Source: Candidatus Micrarchaeia archaeon (GTDB taxonomy: Archaea > Micrarchaeota > Micrarchaeia > Burarchaeales > JACRGF01). Taken from it: DNA of 64,000 nt. The stretch lies in assembly GCA_038870455.1 (NCBI GenBank), contig JAWCPB010000001.1, positions 21,449 to 85,448 of the forward strand, given 5' to 3'. The notes beneath the pieces are model-generated. The model made no database searches, had not been told where the DNA came from, and worked only from the letters and a program-made list of their open reading frames with translations. Shown one piece after another: positions 47,889-57,350 of the stretch (position 1 is its first letter; the number at the start of each line of letters is the position of its first letter). Made by a program: the position numbers and the translations under genes.

Positions 47889-48836
47889 ATGGAAGGCAGG
47901 CTGAAACGTTTTCTCTCCCCTCGCATTGGCCGCATCGAAAAGATAACCCCGCTCCCCGGAGGAATTTGGAACGATTCTTTTCTAATCGCCGGGGAAAAGC
48001 GTTTTGTGGCGAAAGTGTTTTCCGCCAGGCTTCCGCTCGCGCTATACAGGAACTCGGGCTGGATCGAGTGGAGGACGCTCCGCCTCCTTGAGCCGCTGGG
48101 CATCGCGCCCAAGCCCGTTCTTTTCGCCCCCCGCAGCGAGTTTCCCGCCGGGCAACTTCTCGTGTATGAGTACGCCGAGGGCAGGACGGGCAGGCTGAAG
48201 GGAAGGTTTCTCGAGCTCGCCGCGCGCGCGATTGCAGGCTTTCACTCCATTCACCCAGCAAGGCGCACGCGCTTTGTCTCGCTGGGAGACGACTCCATCC
48301 CGGCAATCCATGCGGCAATCAAAGCCCGCATGAAACGCTTGGAAAACAAAATGCCCGGAAACGAGGATCTCGCGCGCTTCAAGAAATCCTTCGCCCTGCT
48401 TCCTGCAACCGCCTCACCCGCCTATTCCCCATGCCTTCTCCACACCGACCTCGTTCCCAGCAACTTCATTCAAGGAAAAAAACTTGTTCTCATAGACTGG
48501 CAGTCGCCGCGCTTTGGCGACGCGGCCTTTGACGTGTGGGCGTTCTGCTCAGACGCATTTACTCTGTGGGACTTGAAGCAGGGGATGAGCAAAGGCGAGA
48601 AGCGCGCCTTCCTCCGCGCCTACCTCGGCCGCTGCCGCGACGCCACGCTTCCGGCCCGCCTCCGGGCCAAAGCACCCCTTTTCGCGCTGAACGTGGGCCT
48701 GTATTACCTAGAGCGCTTCACTGACTTCAAAAACGGAAGGCTTCCCAGGAAAATAACGAGAGGAAAAGAAAAACTCTTTCAAAGATATGAGAAAGTAAAG
48801 AACGCGTGCCTGCGCGAGCTGGAAAAAACTATTTAA
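47889..48836 (+). CDS. APH/choline-kinase family phosphotransferase
   Basis: GIAPK, LHTDLVPSNF, LIDWQ, GDAAFDV. Confidence 0.85.
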   Translation: MEGRLKRFLSPRIGRIEKITPLPGGIWNDSFLIAGEKRFVAKVFSARLPLALYRNSGWIEWRTLRLLEPLGIAPKPVLFAPRSEFPAGQLLVYEYAEGRTGRLKGRFLELAARAIAGFHSIHPARRTRFVSLGDDSIPAIHAAIKARMKRLENKMPGNEDLARFKKSFALLPATASPAYSPCLLHTDLVPSNFIQGKKLVLIDWQSPRFGDAAFDVWAFCSDAFTLWDLKQGMSKGEKRAFLRAYLGRCRDATLPARLRAKAPLFALNVGLYYLERFTDFKNGRLPRKITRGKEKLFQRYEKVKNACLRELEKTI

Positions 48837-48858
48837 CCCTGCGGCGAGAGGAAAGCGC

Positions 48859-49881
48859 ATGAACGCCCGCCTCAAGCGCTTTTTCGCTTCCTCGAAAGCA
48901 GACGCGCTCCTGCTTTACAACGGGGATGCCGCGCGCTCGCTCGACCCGAACATGCACTACTTTCTGGGGTTTGAGATAGACGCCTCCTTTCTCCTCGCCC
49001 ACAGGGACGGCGGGCAAGTCCTGCTCACATCCCCGATGAACTATGAGTATGCGAAAGAAAACTTCAGCGGAAGGGTCGAGAAGGCGAGGGGCAAAGAGCT
49101 GTGGAAAAAACTGGGGGAAGAGCTGAAGGAAAGCCAGTCGGTCGCGCTGGACAAACAACTTCTGCCGGCATCCACTTACTCCAAGCTGCTACGCGCCAGA
49201 AAACGCTTTATCGACGCTTCCAAAGAGCTATTGAATCTGAGGGCAAAGAAAGACGAAAAAGAAATCGCCCTGATAAAGAAAGCATGCTCCATCTCGAGGT
49301 CCGTCTTTGAATCCGTCTCCTTCCGCGTGGGGAAAACTGAGGAGGCGATGGCGCGCGAGGCCGAGATCGCCCTGCTTGAGCACGGTGCGCACGATGCCTT
49401 TTCCCCAATCATACAGAGCGGACCCAATTCCCGCTTTCCGCATTCGGTTCCAACGCGCAGGCGATGGAAGCATAACGAAATCCTGCTGGTTGATTTGGGC
49501 GCGAGACGGGGGCATTACTGCAGCGACCTGACGAGATGCTTCTTCTCAGGAGAATGCCGGGAGGAAAGAAAGGCGTACGAAAAGCTGATGGAGATAAACC
49601 GCGAGCTTGCAAGAAATCTCAGGCCCGGGGTTCCGGTCAAAAAAATCGCCGCGCTTGCCGCCGAACTCTTCCAACAGGCCGGCCTGCCCCAGATGCCCCA
49701 CTCCATCGGCCACGGCGTGGGGCTCGAGGTTCATGAGCATCCGAGCCTGCGCAAGAACTCGAAGGCAGAGCTCGAGGAATGCAATGTTATTGCGCTCGAG
49801 CCAGCCCTCTATGGAAGGAAGTTCGGCGCGAGGTTCGAGGAAACCGTTCTTGTAATGCGGGGCGGCGGAAGAGCGCTTTAG
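48859..49881 (+). CDS. Xaa-Pro aminopeptidase (M24B family)
   Basis: DLGA...YCSDLTR, HSIGHGVGLEVHEHP, LEPALY, GARFEE. Confidence 0.93.
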   Translation: MNARLKRFFASSKADALLLYNGDAARSLDPNMHYFLGFEIDASFLLAHRDGGQVLLTSPMNYEYAKENFSGRVEKARGKELWKKLGEELKESQSVALDKQLLPASTYSKLLRARKRFIDASKELLNLRAKKDEKEIALIKKACSISRSVFESVSFRVGKTEEAMAREAEIALLEHGAHDAFSPIIQSGPNSRFPHSVPTRRRWKHNEILLVDLGARRGHYCSDLTRCFFSGECREERKAYEKLMEINRELARNLRPGVPVKKIAALAAELFQQAGLPQMPHSIGHGVGLEVHEHPSLRKNSKAELEECNVIALEPALYGRKFGARFEETVLVMRGGGRAL

Positions 49882-49998
49882 GCTTTTAAGTGTGCGCAAC
49901 GGGGCAAGTGCGAGAGAAACGCCAGCACGGCTGGCATAGGGCCATGCTCGTGCTTAAAGGAAAAGCCTGCCGCAAAAAAGAAGAGGAGGTAAGCGGCT

Positions 49999-50967
49999 TC
50001 ACCGCCTTGCCTGCGCCGGCGATGGCGGCTTCGTCGACCCAAGCCTGATGACCGCTCCCTCACCCGCGGCCTGGATGAACGGCGGGGCGGGCTGGTTCAT
50101 CTGCTTGTAGTACAGCGCGATGATTTTCGCGTAGTTCGACAGCACGCGCGACCAGTCGGACTCGCAGTCCTTAAACAGCAGGCGCAGCACCTTCGCGGCC
50201 TGCAGGTTGCCCATCTGGCAGCCGATGATCTCCTGCGTGACGCGCTCCATTTCCTTCAGTTCATCCTCCATCTTCAGGTTGAGAACGGTCGGGTCCCACT
50301 GCCAGTAGAAGATCGAGTAAGCGTACGGAAGCGAGACGAACCGAGCGCGGTCGTCGAGAGCCGGCGCAGCCTCCTTTCTCCTCTCTTTCCCCCTCTCGAT
50401 CGCGGCTTGCGATGGCGGGTTTGCGGGCAGCACCATGCCCATCGCGAGGTAGCTCTCGAGTTTTTTCTGAATGGCCTCCCTGGTGAACATCAGCACGTCC
50501 TTATAGATGGGAATGGGGCCCACGTACTTGAGGAGCTTTTTCTCGCTGTAATGCCGTTCCATGTGGGCCACGAGGTCGGCGAAAGAGAAGGAGCCGGTCT
50601 GCATGAGGTACTTGGCTACGGCAGTGCCGAGCTCTGTCTTCGTCCCCTCCTCCCCGGAGTTCCAGGTCAGCCAGTGCTGCCTCACTTTCTCGTTCAGCTC
50701 TAGGCACATCTTTCCATACGCGTCGATCACGTCATGCGCGTTCTGGAGGAGGAGCGCGTCCTTTGTGGAGATGCTGCCCTCTCTGAGGGTGAGCTCCTGG
50801 ATGTACGCGTCCATGCCCACCCTCACGCCCTTGTGCGCGCATGTATAAACGTACAGCGCGGCGAGGCGCGCGAGCGGCGCATAACGCTCGTCAGCCTCGA
50901 TGAACTTCTTGATTTCTTGGAAGCTCTTCCACTCGTTTTTCGCGGGCGAAATGACGCTCTCCTCCAT
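49999..50967 (-). CDS. hypothetical protein
   Basis: Long ORF with typical codon usage and no recognised motif. ATG 50967 preferred. Confidence 0.75.
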   Translation of the reverse strand: MEESVISPAKNEWKSFQEIKKFIEADERYAPLARLAALYVYTCAHKGVRVGMDAYIQELTLREGSISTKDALLLQNAHDVIDAYGKMCLELNEKVRQHWLTWNSGEEGTKTELGTAVAKYLMQTGSFSFADLVAHMERHYSEKKLLKYVGPIPIYKDVLMFTREAIQKKLESYLAMGMVLPANPPSQAAIERGKERRKEAAPALDDRARFVSLPYAYSIFYWQWDPTVLNLKMEDELKEMERVTQEIIGCQMGNLQAAKVLRLLFKDCESDWSRVLSNYAKIIALYYKQMNQPAPPFIQAAGEGAVIRLGSTKPPSPAQARR

Positions 50968-51048
50968 CGCACCACCTTTGAAAACAAGCAGTGTTTTACC
51001 CTGGTCAGAGTATTTAAACATGTTGCCACCAAAGCCTCTCGTGGTGTG

Positions 51049-51396
51049 ATGGCCTTCAACCTAGTGCGCACGTTCGGCAGCGTGTTCAATGCGGTGGTCC
51101 GTAGAGCGGGCGACATTGGAAAACGGCTTCTGACCATCCCCACCCCGCACCTCGTGCGGGTGGCGAGAGTCTCGCGCGATGTCAAGAGCGAGGCGTTCAA
51201 GAAACTCATGCAGGCGACGCGCGCCACGCAGGAGGAGCAGGCCAAGTTCATGATGGAAATCCCATCCTTTGTCAATTACGTGGCGCGGATAAAAAGAGGC
51301 GGCCGGAACAGGGAGCTGATTGCGAAGAGGCCGCCCATCCGCCTGCCTCCCGGCGTGGCGGCCCGGCCCCCGCCGAAAACGAGGCAGGCTGCCTGA
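51049..51396 (+). CDS. hypothetical basic protein
   Basis: ATG 51049 after GGTG, downstream of a TATTTAAA motif. Confidence 0.55.
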   Translation: MAFNLVRTFGSVFNAVVRRAGDIGKRLLTIPTPHLVRVARVSRDVKSEAFKKLMQATRATQEEQAKFMMEIPSFVNYVARIKRGGRNRELIAKRPPIRLPPGVAARPPPKTRQAA

Positions 51397-51454
51397 CCTC
51401 ATCCGCTGCCGAAAAGCTTTAAAGCTTAAGACATAAATGTTTATGGTGATGTAG

Positions 51455-51658
51455 ATGAAAACCACTTTGATTCTGCGGGATGACCTCTACGCCTTCTTGG
51501 TCAACGCATTTGGAAAACGCGGCATTTCGCGCGCGGTCAACGAAATTCTTTTCGAACATTTGTTCAGGGAGAAAAAGAAGGACATGTTCGGAGCCGATCC
51601 GTGGCTGAAAAAGGCCGGCCTGAAAGACATACGGGATGAGCGTGACCGCCACTTTTGA
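51455..51658 (+). CDS. antitoxin (VapB-like, RHH-type)
   Basis: MKTTLILRDDLY. Overlaps the downstream PIN gene. Confidence 0.8.
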   Translation: MKTTLILRDDLYAFLVNAFGKRGISRAVNEILFEHLFREKKKDMFGADPWLKKAGLKDIRDERDRHF

Positions 51659-52007
51659 CACCTCTGCCTGGCTGGAGTACTTCATGGGCTCGAGTCGCGG
51701 AAGCCGGGTCAAGGAAGTGATAGACAGCACCGAAGCCATCAACACGCCGAGCATTTGCCTGCTGGAAATCAAGTCAAAATACGTCAGGGAAGGCAGGGAA
51801 CCGGCTCAAAGAATTGATTTCGTGTGCAGCAGAAGCCGGATAATTGATTTGACGAAAGACGTCGCGCTCTCTGCAGCCGATTTCATGGCAAAGCATAAAC
51901 TGCACACGGTTGATGCAGTGATCTATGCCGCTGCGAGAAAACACAGCTCAAAATTGCTCACCGGAGACAAGCACTTCAGCGGCTTGGAAGGAGTCGAATT
52001 AATCTAA
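51636..52007 (+). CDS. vapC: PIN-domain toxin, VapC family
   Basis: FDTSAWLEY, CLLEI, VDAVIYA, LLTGDKHF. Confidence 0.9.
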   Translation: MSVTATFDTSAWLEYFMGSSRGSRVKEVIDSTEAINTPSICLLEIKSKYVREGREPAQRIDFVCSRSRIIDLTKDVALSAADFMAKHKLHTVDAVIYAAARKHSSKLLTGDKHFSGLEGVELI

Positions 52008-52519
52008 ACCCACAGAATGATTTTCAGGTCCGCAAGCCCGCTGCCGTATTTTACCACGCGCGTCACGACAACCTGGTTGCGCGAGCCCGCTGCCAGCGCG
52101 CTTCCCATCGTGCAGGGAGCTCCGCCGCAGGTCAGCAGCAGGCCGCCCCTCTCAAGCGTTATGTTGAAGTGATAAGGCGTGCGCAGCAGATGTTCCTTTG
52201 CATAGGTGTAGTCATTTTCGCTCAGCTCCCTGAATTTGGAAAGCTTGCTTTCGGACAGCGTAGCGTTTTTCGCCGAGTCAGCAAATCCCACGAGCGCCAC
52301 GTTCTCACGCGCCAGACTGTTCCAGTAAGGCGGGTTGCCCTCGGTTAGCAGGAAGTCGCTTATCCTGAGCGCATCGCGCAGGAGGTCCTCTCTCTCCGGG
52401 TTGAGCGTTGAGCTCACACCCCACCAGTAGCTCGCCAGAAGGGCGAAGGCGATGACGAAAATCACTCCGCCGATGACGGCGTCGTACGAGAAAAACTGCC
52501 CTTTTCTACTGGTCGACAT
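52004..52519 (-). CDS. class III signal peptide (pilin-like) protein
   Basis: RKG/QFFSYDAVIG followed by a hydrophobic helix, LLTEGNPPYWN. Confidence 0.8.
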   Translation of the reverse strand: MSTSRKGQFFSYDAVIGGVIFVIAFALLASYWWGVSSTLNPEREDLLRDALRISDFLLTEGNPPYWNSLARENVALVGFADSAKNATLSESKLSKFRELSENDYTYAKEHLLRTPYHFNITLERGGLLLTCGGAPCTMGSALAAGSRNQVVVTRVVKYGSGLADLKIILWV

Positions 52520-52964
52520 ACACAACATCCCCCGTTGGAAGCGTCCTGGTGGCCAGCTTCACGTATCCATTCGATGCATTCACAACTATATAACCATCCA
52601 CAACAGCGAGCGTTTGTGTCGCCACGCTGGAGGTGGAGAGCGGGGCCACCACCTCGCGCACCTCCTCCCCCCTGCTCCAGTTGAGCGTGAGGAATCCTCC
52701 TTTTATGTACACGGCGTACTCGCTCGCCCCAATGCGCTTTGGGACGATGACCATTCGCTCATACCCGCCGCCCGCGCGCGCGGCGAAGTGTATCTCGCTT
52801 GCCATACCAAAGGCAAGCTCTCTGGCGAGCGAGTCCTCCCTCTGCCTTATCTCGCGGACTTCGGTGCTCGTGATGTACGCCACGCCCACCACGAACACGA
52901 GCAGGAACAGCGCGAAGTAGGAAACAAACTCGAAAGCCGCCTGTGCCCTGTTCGACTCACTCAT
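52506..52964 (-). CDS. class III signal peptide (pilin-like) protein
   Basis: NRA/QAAFEFVSY followed by a hydrophobic helix. Confidence 0.8.
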   Translation of the reverse strand: MSESNRAQAAFEFVSYFALFLLVFVVGVAYITSTEVREIRQREDSLARELAFGMASEIHFAARAGGGYERMVIVPKRIGASEYAVYIKGGFLTLNWSRGEEVREVVAPLSTSSVATQTLAVVDGYIVVNASNGYVKLATRTLPTGDVVYVDQ

Positions 52965-53385
52965 ACGCATCCACCGAAACGTTCCCGTTCACGCGAGTGA
53001 AGTTAAGCCTTCTCACTCCGGTGCCAAGGCGCGTAGTCCAGTCTGTTCTCGTCGTGAGGTTGGCGACGCTCACCGCCACCGCGTCGCTCCTGCCCGCCGC
53101 GGTCTGGAGCACAAGCGTGACCTCACGGCCGCTCCGCCCGCCTATTATTATCTGTGCAAGGGCGGGCGGGAAGAACACGCTCACGGTCCCCCTCGCCCCC
53201 TCCCCGGCGAAATAAACTTCGTCGGCGCTGTCGGCGATCTGCTCGGCCGCCTTCTGCGCCTGCGCGATGGCCACGTCCTCGCTCGCCACGTTTGCGCTCG
53301 TGAAGAATAGCAGCACGAATGGAATGAGGAACGCTGCGAAGAACGCCACCATGACAAGCATTTCAAGCGCGGACTGGCCTCTCAT
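52957..53385 (-). CDS. class III signal peptide (pilin-like) protein
   Basis: MRG/QSALEMLV. Start moved to ATG 53385. Confidence 0.85.
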   Translation of the reverse strand: MRGQSALEMLVMVAFFAAFLIPFVLLFFTSANVASEDVAIAQAQKAAEQIADSADEVYFAGEGARGTVSVFFPPALAQIIIGGRSGREVTLVLQTAAGRSDAVAVSVANLTTRTDWTTRLGTGVRRLNFTRVNGNVSVDAYE

Positions 53386-53393
53386 TCTCTCAC

Positions 53394-54935
53394 TCAACAC
53401 TCCGCGGGCGACGGCGGGCACAGCAGCGAGGAAGAAATGTTGTAGTAGTTTGAGGTGGCGTGCTGCGCGTCTATGGCAAACCTTCCTATGGTGGAAGCGC
53501 TCGTGCACATGTCCCTGTTCTTGCAGCCCGGCATGCCCTTGACCGGCCTCCCCGCCGCGCTGCTCGTGTAGTACACATGGTCGACTTTCGAGCGCTCTTC
53601 GGTCGCCCACATTCCGATGACGAAGCTCTCTATGCCGAACTGGTCGTTGGCATTCGCCCTCCCCTCGAGCCTGCTCAGGAAATTCGGGGCGTGAGCCCCC
53701 GTCACATTGATGTAGTGGCCGCACACCACAAGGTCGCGCAGCCTCTCGATGTCCCACACCTCGGGCTTGCGCGCTTCCCTCGAGTAATCCCCGTTGTTCG
53801 AGAAAGGCGAGTTGATGAGCACGGGCAACCCGACCGGGCTTGTGGGGGTGATGTTCAACTTTGCCTTGGTGAGCGCGTTCGTGTGCAGGAACGGCACCTC
53901 TACCTCGTTGAATTCCACCCCTCCGGAAGGCGTGCTGCAGGTACAGCACGATGCATTTGTTTCGCTTTCCAGCTCGTAGTAGCTCAGGCAGTCCAGGCAG
54001 GGCTCGGTCTCCCTGACTTCAGCAAAGATACAGGTGTTCGTGCAGCCCGCCCCGCCGCATGTCCTTGTGGCGGTGGCGCCCGTGCGCTGGTGTCCGGGCC
54101 CGGGCGCGAGCAGCAGCACTCCGCCGTAGCTGTTCAGCTGCGAGCAGTCGCCGTTCGCGCAGATGCCCGTGTCCTCGATGACGAGAATGTACCTGTCGTT
54201 TTTGTAGGCATCATTGAACGAGTCGTCAGTCGTTACGCCATACACCCATGATTTTCCCCTTGTTCCGTTCGCAGTGTTTTTCGGCCTGACTTCCTCAATG
54301 GAGAACGGGGAGCGGAACACCTGCCTGATGTTCGCCTCGGAGTAGGGCACGCCGCGGAGCTCGGCATCCTTCACAGAAATCAATGGGTCCTCGAGCCCCA
54401 CAATGGGAATGCGCGCCGAGACGGTGACGATTTTGCTCAAATTCATTTCCTCGGACGAAATCTCTATCCTGATGTCCGTGATGTCCAGATTTATGTCCCA
54501 AGGCGCGACCTGCTTTGCGCTGCACTTATCAGGCCGCACGGCCAGCTTCCATTCAAACCCGAGCGCTCTGCTCGCGTTCGCCATGGCCTCGCCCCACGCG
54601 CTCAGGCTCTCGTTGAAAATGCGCTTGCCGCTGAGGCGCGTTCCGTTGATGAGCACGCTGCACAGCTCTTCGCCAGCCTTCTTTTGCTGAGCAACGCTCC
54701 CTGTGGCAATCACATCGAGAACGAGCGCGCGCAGCGCCCTGTAGCCAAGCAGGGAAACGAGGCGAGCCGTCTCCGCCTCGCTGGAAGCATCGGCTATGGA
54801 GAGCATGGCCTCGAGCTGGAACTTGGCGGGCACCTTCTCCTCCCGCGCCCTGACAACAGCCCCCCACAGCGCGAGCGAGACAAGCATGAACGCCAGCGCC
54901 ACGGCAATGAGCAGAGTGAAGAAAAAGCCTCTCAT
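53394..54935 (-). CDS. large class III signal peptide protein with Cys-rich C-terminal half
   Basis: MRG/FFFTLL, IVGLEDPL, APNFLSRLEG, GIESFV, SKVDH, many cysteines. Confidence 0.8.
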   Translation of the reverse strand: MRGFFFTLLIAVALAFMLVSLALWGAVVRAREEKVPAKFQLEAMLSIADASSEAETARLVSLLGYRALRALVLDVIATGSVAQQKKAGEELCSVLINGTRLSGKRIFNESLSAWGEAMANASRALGFEWKLAVRPDKCSAKQVAPWDINLDITDIRIEISSEEMNLSKIVTVSARIPIVGLEDPLISVKDAELRGVPYSEANIRQVFRSPFSIEEVRPKNTANGTRGKSWVYGVTTDDSFNDAYKNDRYILVIEDTGICANGDCSQLNSYGGVLLLAPGPGHQRTGATATRTCGGAGCTNTCIFAEVRETEPCLDCLSYYELESETNASCCTCSTPSGGVEFNEVEVPFLHTNALTKAKLNITPTSPVGLPVLINSPFSNNGDYSREARKPEVWDIERLRDLVVCGHYINVTGAHAPNFLSRLEGRANANDQFGIESFVIGMWATEERSKVDHVYYTSSAAGRPVKGMPGCKNRDMCTSASTIGRFAIDAQHATSNYYNISSSLLCPPSPAEC

Positions 54936-54947
54936 ATCCACACCACT

Positions 54948-55005
54948 CCGAACCGCGGGAGGGGCTTGCCCCTCCCCCAGTTTGATGGTCCTCCTGACCC
55001 CACCC
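54948..55005. repeat. hairpin repeat, module B variant
   Basis: ccgaaccgcggga...cccccagtttgatggtcctcctgaccccaccc has the same flanks as 35904 and 58509 but a different central hairpin. Confidence 0.75.
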
Positions 55006-55035
55006 CGGCGCTATTGCGAGGAATTCCCCCACGCT

Positions 55036-55692
55036 TCATATCCACACCACTAATCTCACGCTGGTCGGGCCTGCGAGCGTGCCGGCCGCGAAGCCGCTGC
55101 GGTTCCTCGCCTCGCACGGCACCGCTCCCGGCTCTCCCTCGATTCCTTGGCACGAACCGACGTACGCGCCCGAAGTGTAGCTGAAAGGCGATCGGCCGGG
55201 CTCGTCGTAAAACGCGTAAGTCGTTATCACGCGGGAGGCGACGGCCTGCATTCTCTGGACCGAAGCGCCTTCGTAAGGAGGCCTGCCGCTGACCGCCCTC
55301 CAGCCGTTTGCGCCGACATCAAAGTACTCGAACCTGTAGTTGTACTGCGGGGGAATGACTGGGTCGAGCGTGCTCCTGAGAATGAATTCCGCGCTCGCAT
55401 AGTCTCCAGTGGCGGCCAGCCTAGCCAGCTCTTCCAGAACGGAATTGTTCCTGTCCCTGGGGTTGAGCCTGTCCCATACGCCGCTCTGGGGGCTTCCCCA
55501 GATTTCGTTCATCCCCAGCGCATCGAGCGCGTTGAGCGAGTCCCTCGCCAAGTCGTGCGTCTGCTCGTACTGGCCGAGGAAAGCCCTCGGAAAGCTGAGC
55601 AGGGCGATGAGCGCGAACACAGTCAGTAGAACGAGAAGAAGCGCGATGAACGCATCCACGGTGAAAACAAAGCCTCTTTTCCCCGCGCGCAT
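55036..55692 (-). CDS. class III signal peptide (pilin-like) protein
   Basis: KRG/FVFTVDAFIA followed by a hydrophobic helix. Confidence 0.82.
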   Translation of the reverse strand: MRAGKRGFVFTVDAFIALLLVLLTVFALIALLSFPRAFLGQYEQTHDLARDSLNALDALGMNEIWGSPQSGVWDRLNPRDRNNSVLEELARLAATGDYASAEFILRSTLDPVIPPQYNYRFEYFDVGANGWRAVSGRPPYEGASVQRMQAVASRVITTYAFYDEPGRSPFSYTSGAYVGSCQGIEGEPGAVPCEARNRSGFAAGTLAGPTSVRLVVWI

Positions 55693-55740
55693 CGCCTCTA
55701 AATGGTGGGCAGGGTATTTAAATAAACCGCATTTCCCGCG

Positions 55741-56343
55741 CTAGTGCTGGCCCACGCACGCGCCCCAGCCTGTGCCGCACTCGTCGCAAGTCTGCTCTCC
55801 CATCCCGCACTTGTCTGACAGTGTGCAGCCTCTCTTCGCACCCGGCTCGCACACCCTCCCGGTCGGCGAGCACGCTGTGAAAGCGCCGCTGATGCACACG
55901 CGCGTGCCCTCGCATCCGTTGGGAAGGCGGCAGGCTGCCGTCTCGCCGTCCTTCGTGCAGGGCGCGCCGAGTATCCTCACGGTGAGCGCGCGCGTGCACG
56001 AGCCGGCGACAAGCGAAACGTTGTGCAGGCCCGGCTCGAGGTCCCCGCTGGGAACGAACGCGGCGAACTCGCCGTTCTGCACGCTCACGTTCGCGGCAAG
56101 CCTTCCATCGACGAAAATCTCGGCTTCGGGCGCGCACCTTGTCGTTCCCAGCACGCGAATGGCTTCGCCCTGCCTGTAGGAATCGCTTCCCAGCTCGAGG
56201 TTTGTCCTGTAGAGCGAAAGCAGGCCGGCGAGGAAAGGCGGGGGCGCGAAGAAAGAAGTTATGACGAGCAGCGTGATTACGGTGGCTACTCCGATCAAAA
56301 AGCCGAGCACAAACCACTGCAGCTTCTCAGCCCTTCCTCCCAT
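55741..56343 (-). CDS. membrane-anchored protein with Ig-like domain and Cys-rich repeats
   Basis: N-terminal TM helix. Two repeats of the type C..G...C....C.G...C....(F/W).AC. Confidence 0.7.
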   Translation of the reverse strand: MGGRAEKLQWFVLGFLIGVATVITLLVITSFFAPPPFLAGLLSLYRTNLELGSDSYRQGEAIRVLGTTRCAPEAEIFVDGRLAANVSVQNGEFAAFVPSGDLEPGLHNVSLVAGSCTRALTVRILGAPCTKDGETAACRLPNGCEGTRVCISGAFTACSPTGRVCEPGAKRGCTLSDKCGMGEQTCDECGTGWGACVGQH

Positions 56344-56374
56344 GAAATTTTTTTTGCAGGCGGCTATATAAAAA

Positions 56375-57301
56375 CTAGTAGGCCAGCCTGGCCTGCGGAG
56401 GCTTGGGAGCCAGTGCCTGGGCGACCGCCTGCCCGATGCCAGCGGCTGCCTTCTCCACTATCTTCTCCCACCATTCTTTCTTTTTTTCAAGCACGCACTC
56501 GCTGGGCTCGCCAGTAATGTTTCCAAGGGACGCGGCTCTCGCCAGCGCATCTTTCCTGGAGCCCACCGCATCCACCAGGCCGTAGCGCAGGGCCTGCCTG
56601 CCGGTGAGAATGCGCGCATCCAGGATTGTGTTGAAGTTGGCCGCGAAGTTCGGCCTCCCGCTCCTCTCTTTCCACACCGCGTCCCTGAACTCCCCGAAAA
56701 CCTCGTCAATAATTTCTTGAACCAGCCGCTTTTCCTTTTCCGTCATGGGCCTGCTGGGGTCGCCGATGTCCTTGAGCTCGCCGCTCTTTATGATGGTCAC
56801 GTTATAGCCGATTTTTTCGAACAGGCCCGACAGGTCTTCGAAAGTCGCTCGGGCGCCAATGCTTCCCGTAATCGCGTCCGGGTCGCTGATGATCTCATCC
56901 GCCCCAACAGCCGCATAATAACCCCCGCTTGCGGCGACTTCCCTGAAAAACGCAATGGTCGGCTTCTTGAAGTCCCTCACTCCCTCATAAATCTCCCTGC
57001 TTGCCACAACGCTTCCGCCCGGTGAATCGACCTCGACAAGCAGGGACTTGATGTCGCCCCTACGCTCGGCTTCCTTGAGGAGCTCGAGCACATCGTCAGA
57101 GCCTATTGTTCCGGCAGAGAAGAGGCCGGCCTCCTCGCTCGTCGTAGTGATGACTCCCCTGATGGGGAGCACGCCAACGCATGCGGGGGGAAACACGGCA
57201 TTATAGACTGCAAAGGCAACGACCGCGATGACAGCAAGTGCGATCACGCCTGCGGCAAGCAGAGACAGCCCGATGACGATTGCGTTTGCTTGTTTCCCCA
57301 T
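56375..57301 (-). CDS. sppA: signal peptide peptidase SppA (S49)
   Basis: VDSPGGS, AASGGYY, TGSIG, KSGELKD, TGRQA...GLVD. Confidence 0.93.
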   Translation of the reverse strand: MGKQANAIVIGLSLLAAGVIALAVIAVVAFAVYNAVFPPACVGVLPIRGVITTTSEEAGLFSAGTIGSDDVLELLKEAERRGDIKSLLVEVDSPGGSVVASREIYEGVRDFKKPTIAFFREVAASGGYYAAVGADEIISDPDAITGSIGARATFEDLSGLFEKIGYNVTIIKSGELKDIGDPSRPMTEKEKRLVQEIIDEVFGEFRDAVWKERSGRPNFAANFNTILDARILTGRQALRYGLVDAVGSRKDALARAASLGNITGEPSECVLEKKKEWWEKIVEKAAAGIGQAVAQALAPKPPQARLAY

Positions 57302-57350
57302 CCGCTCGCCTCAGAAAACCCATTAAATATTTGCAAATCATTATAAAAGC

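Noticed and set aside
49879-49992. TAG read-through or recoding: an in-frame Cys-containing extension (KCAQRGKC...CSCLKEKPAAKKKRR) after the M24 peptidase stop, plus the TAG near 42079
   Set aside because: TAG is an ordinary stop for rps6e, smc and mre11, the peptidase is already full length, and no pyl genes are visible.
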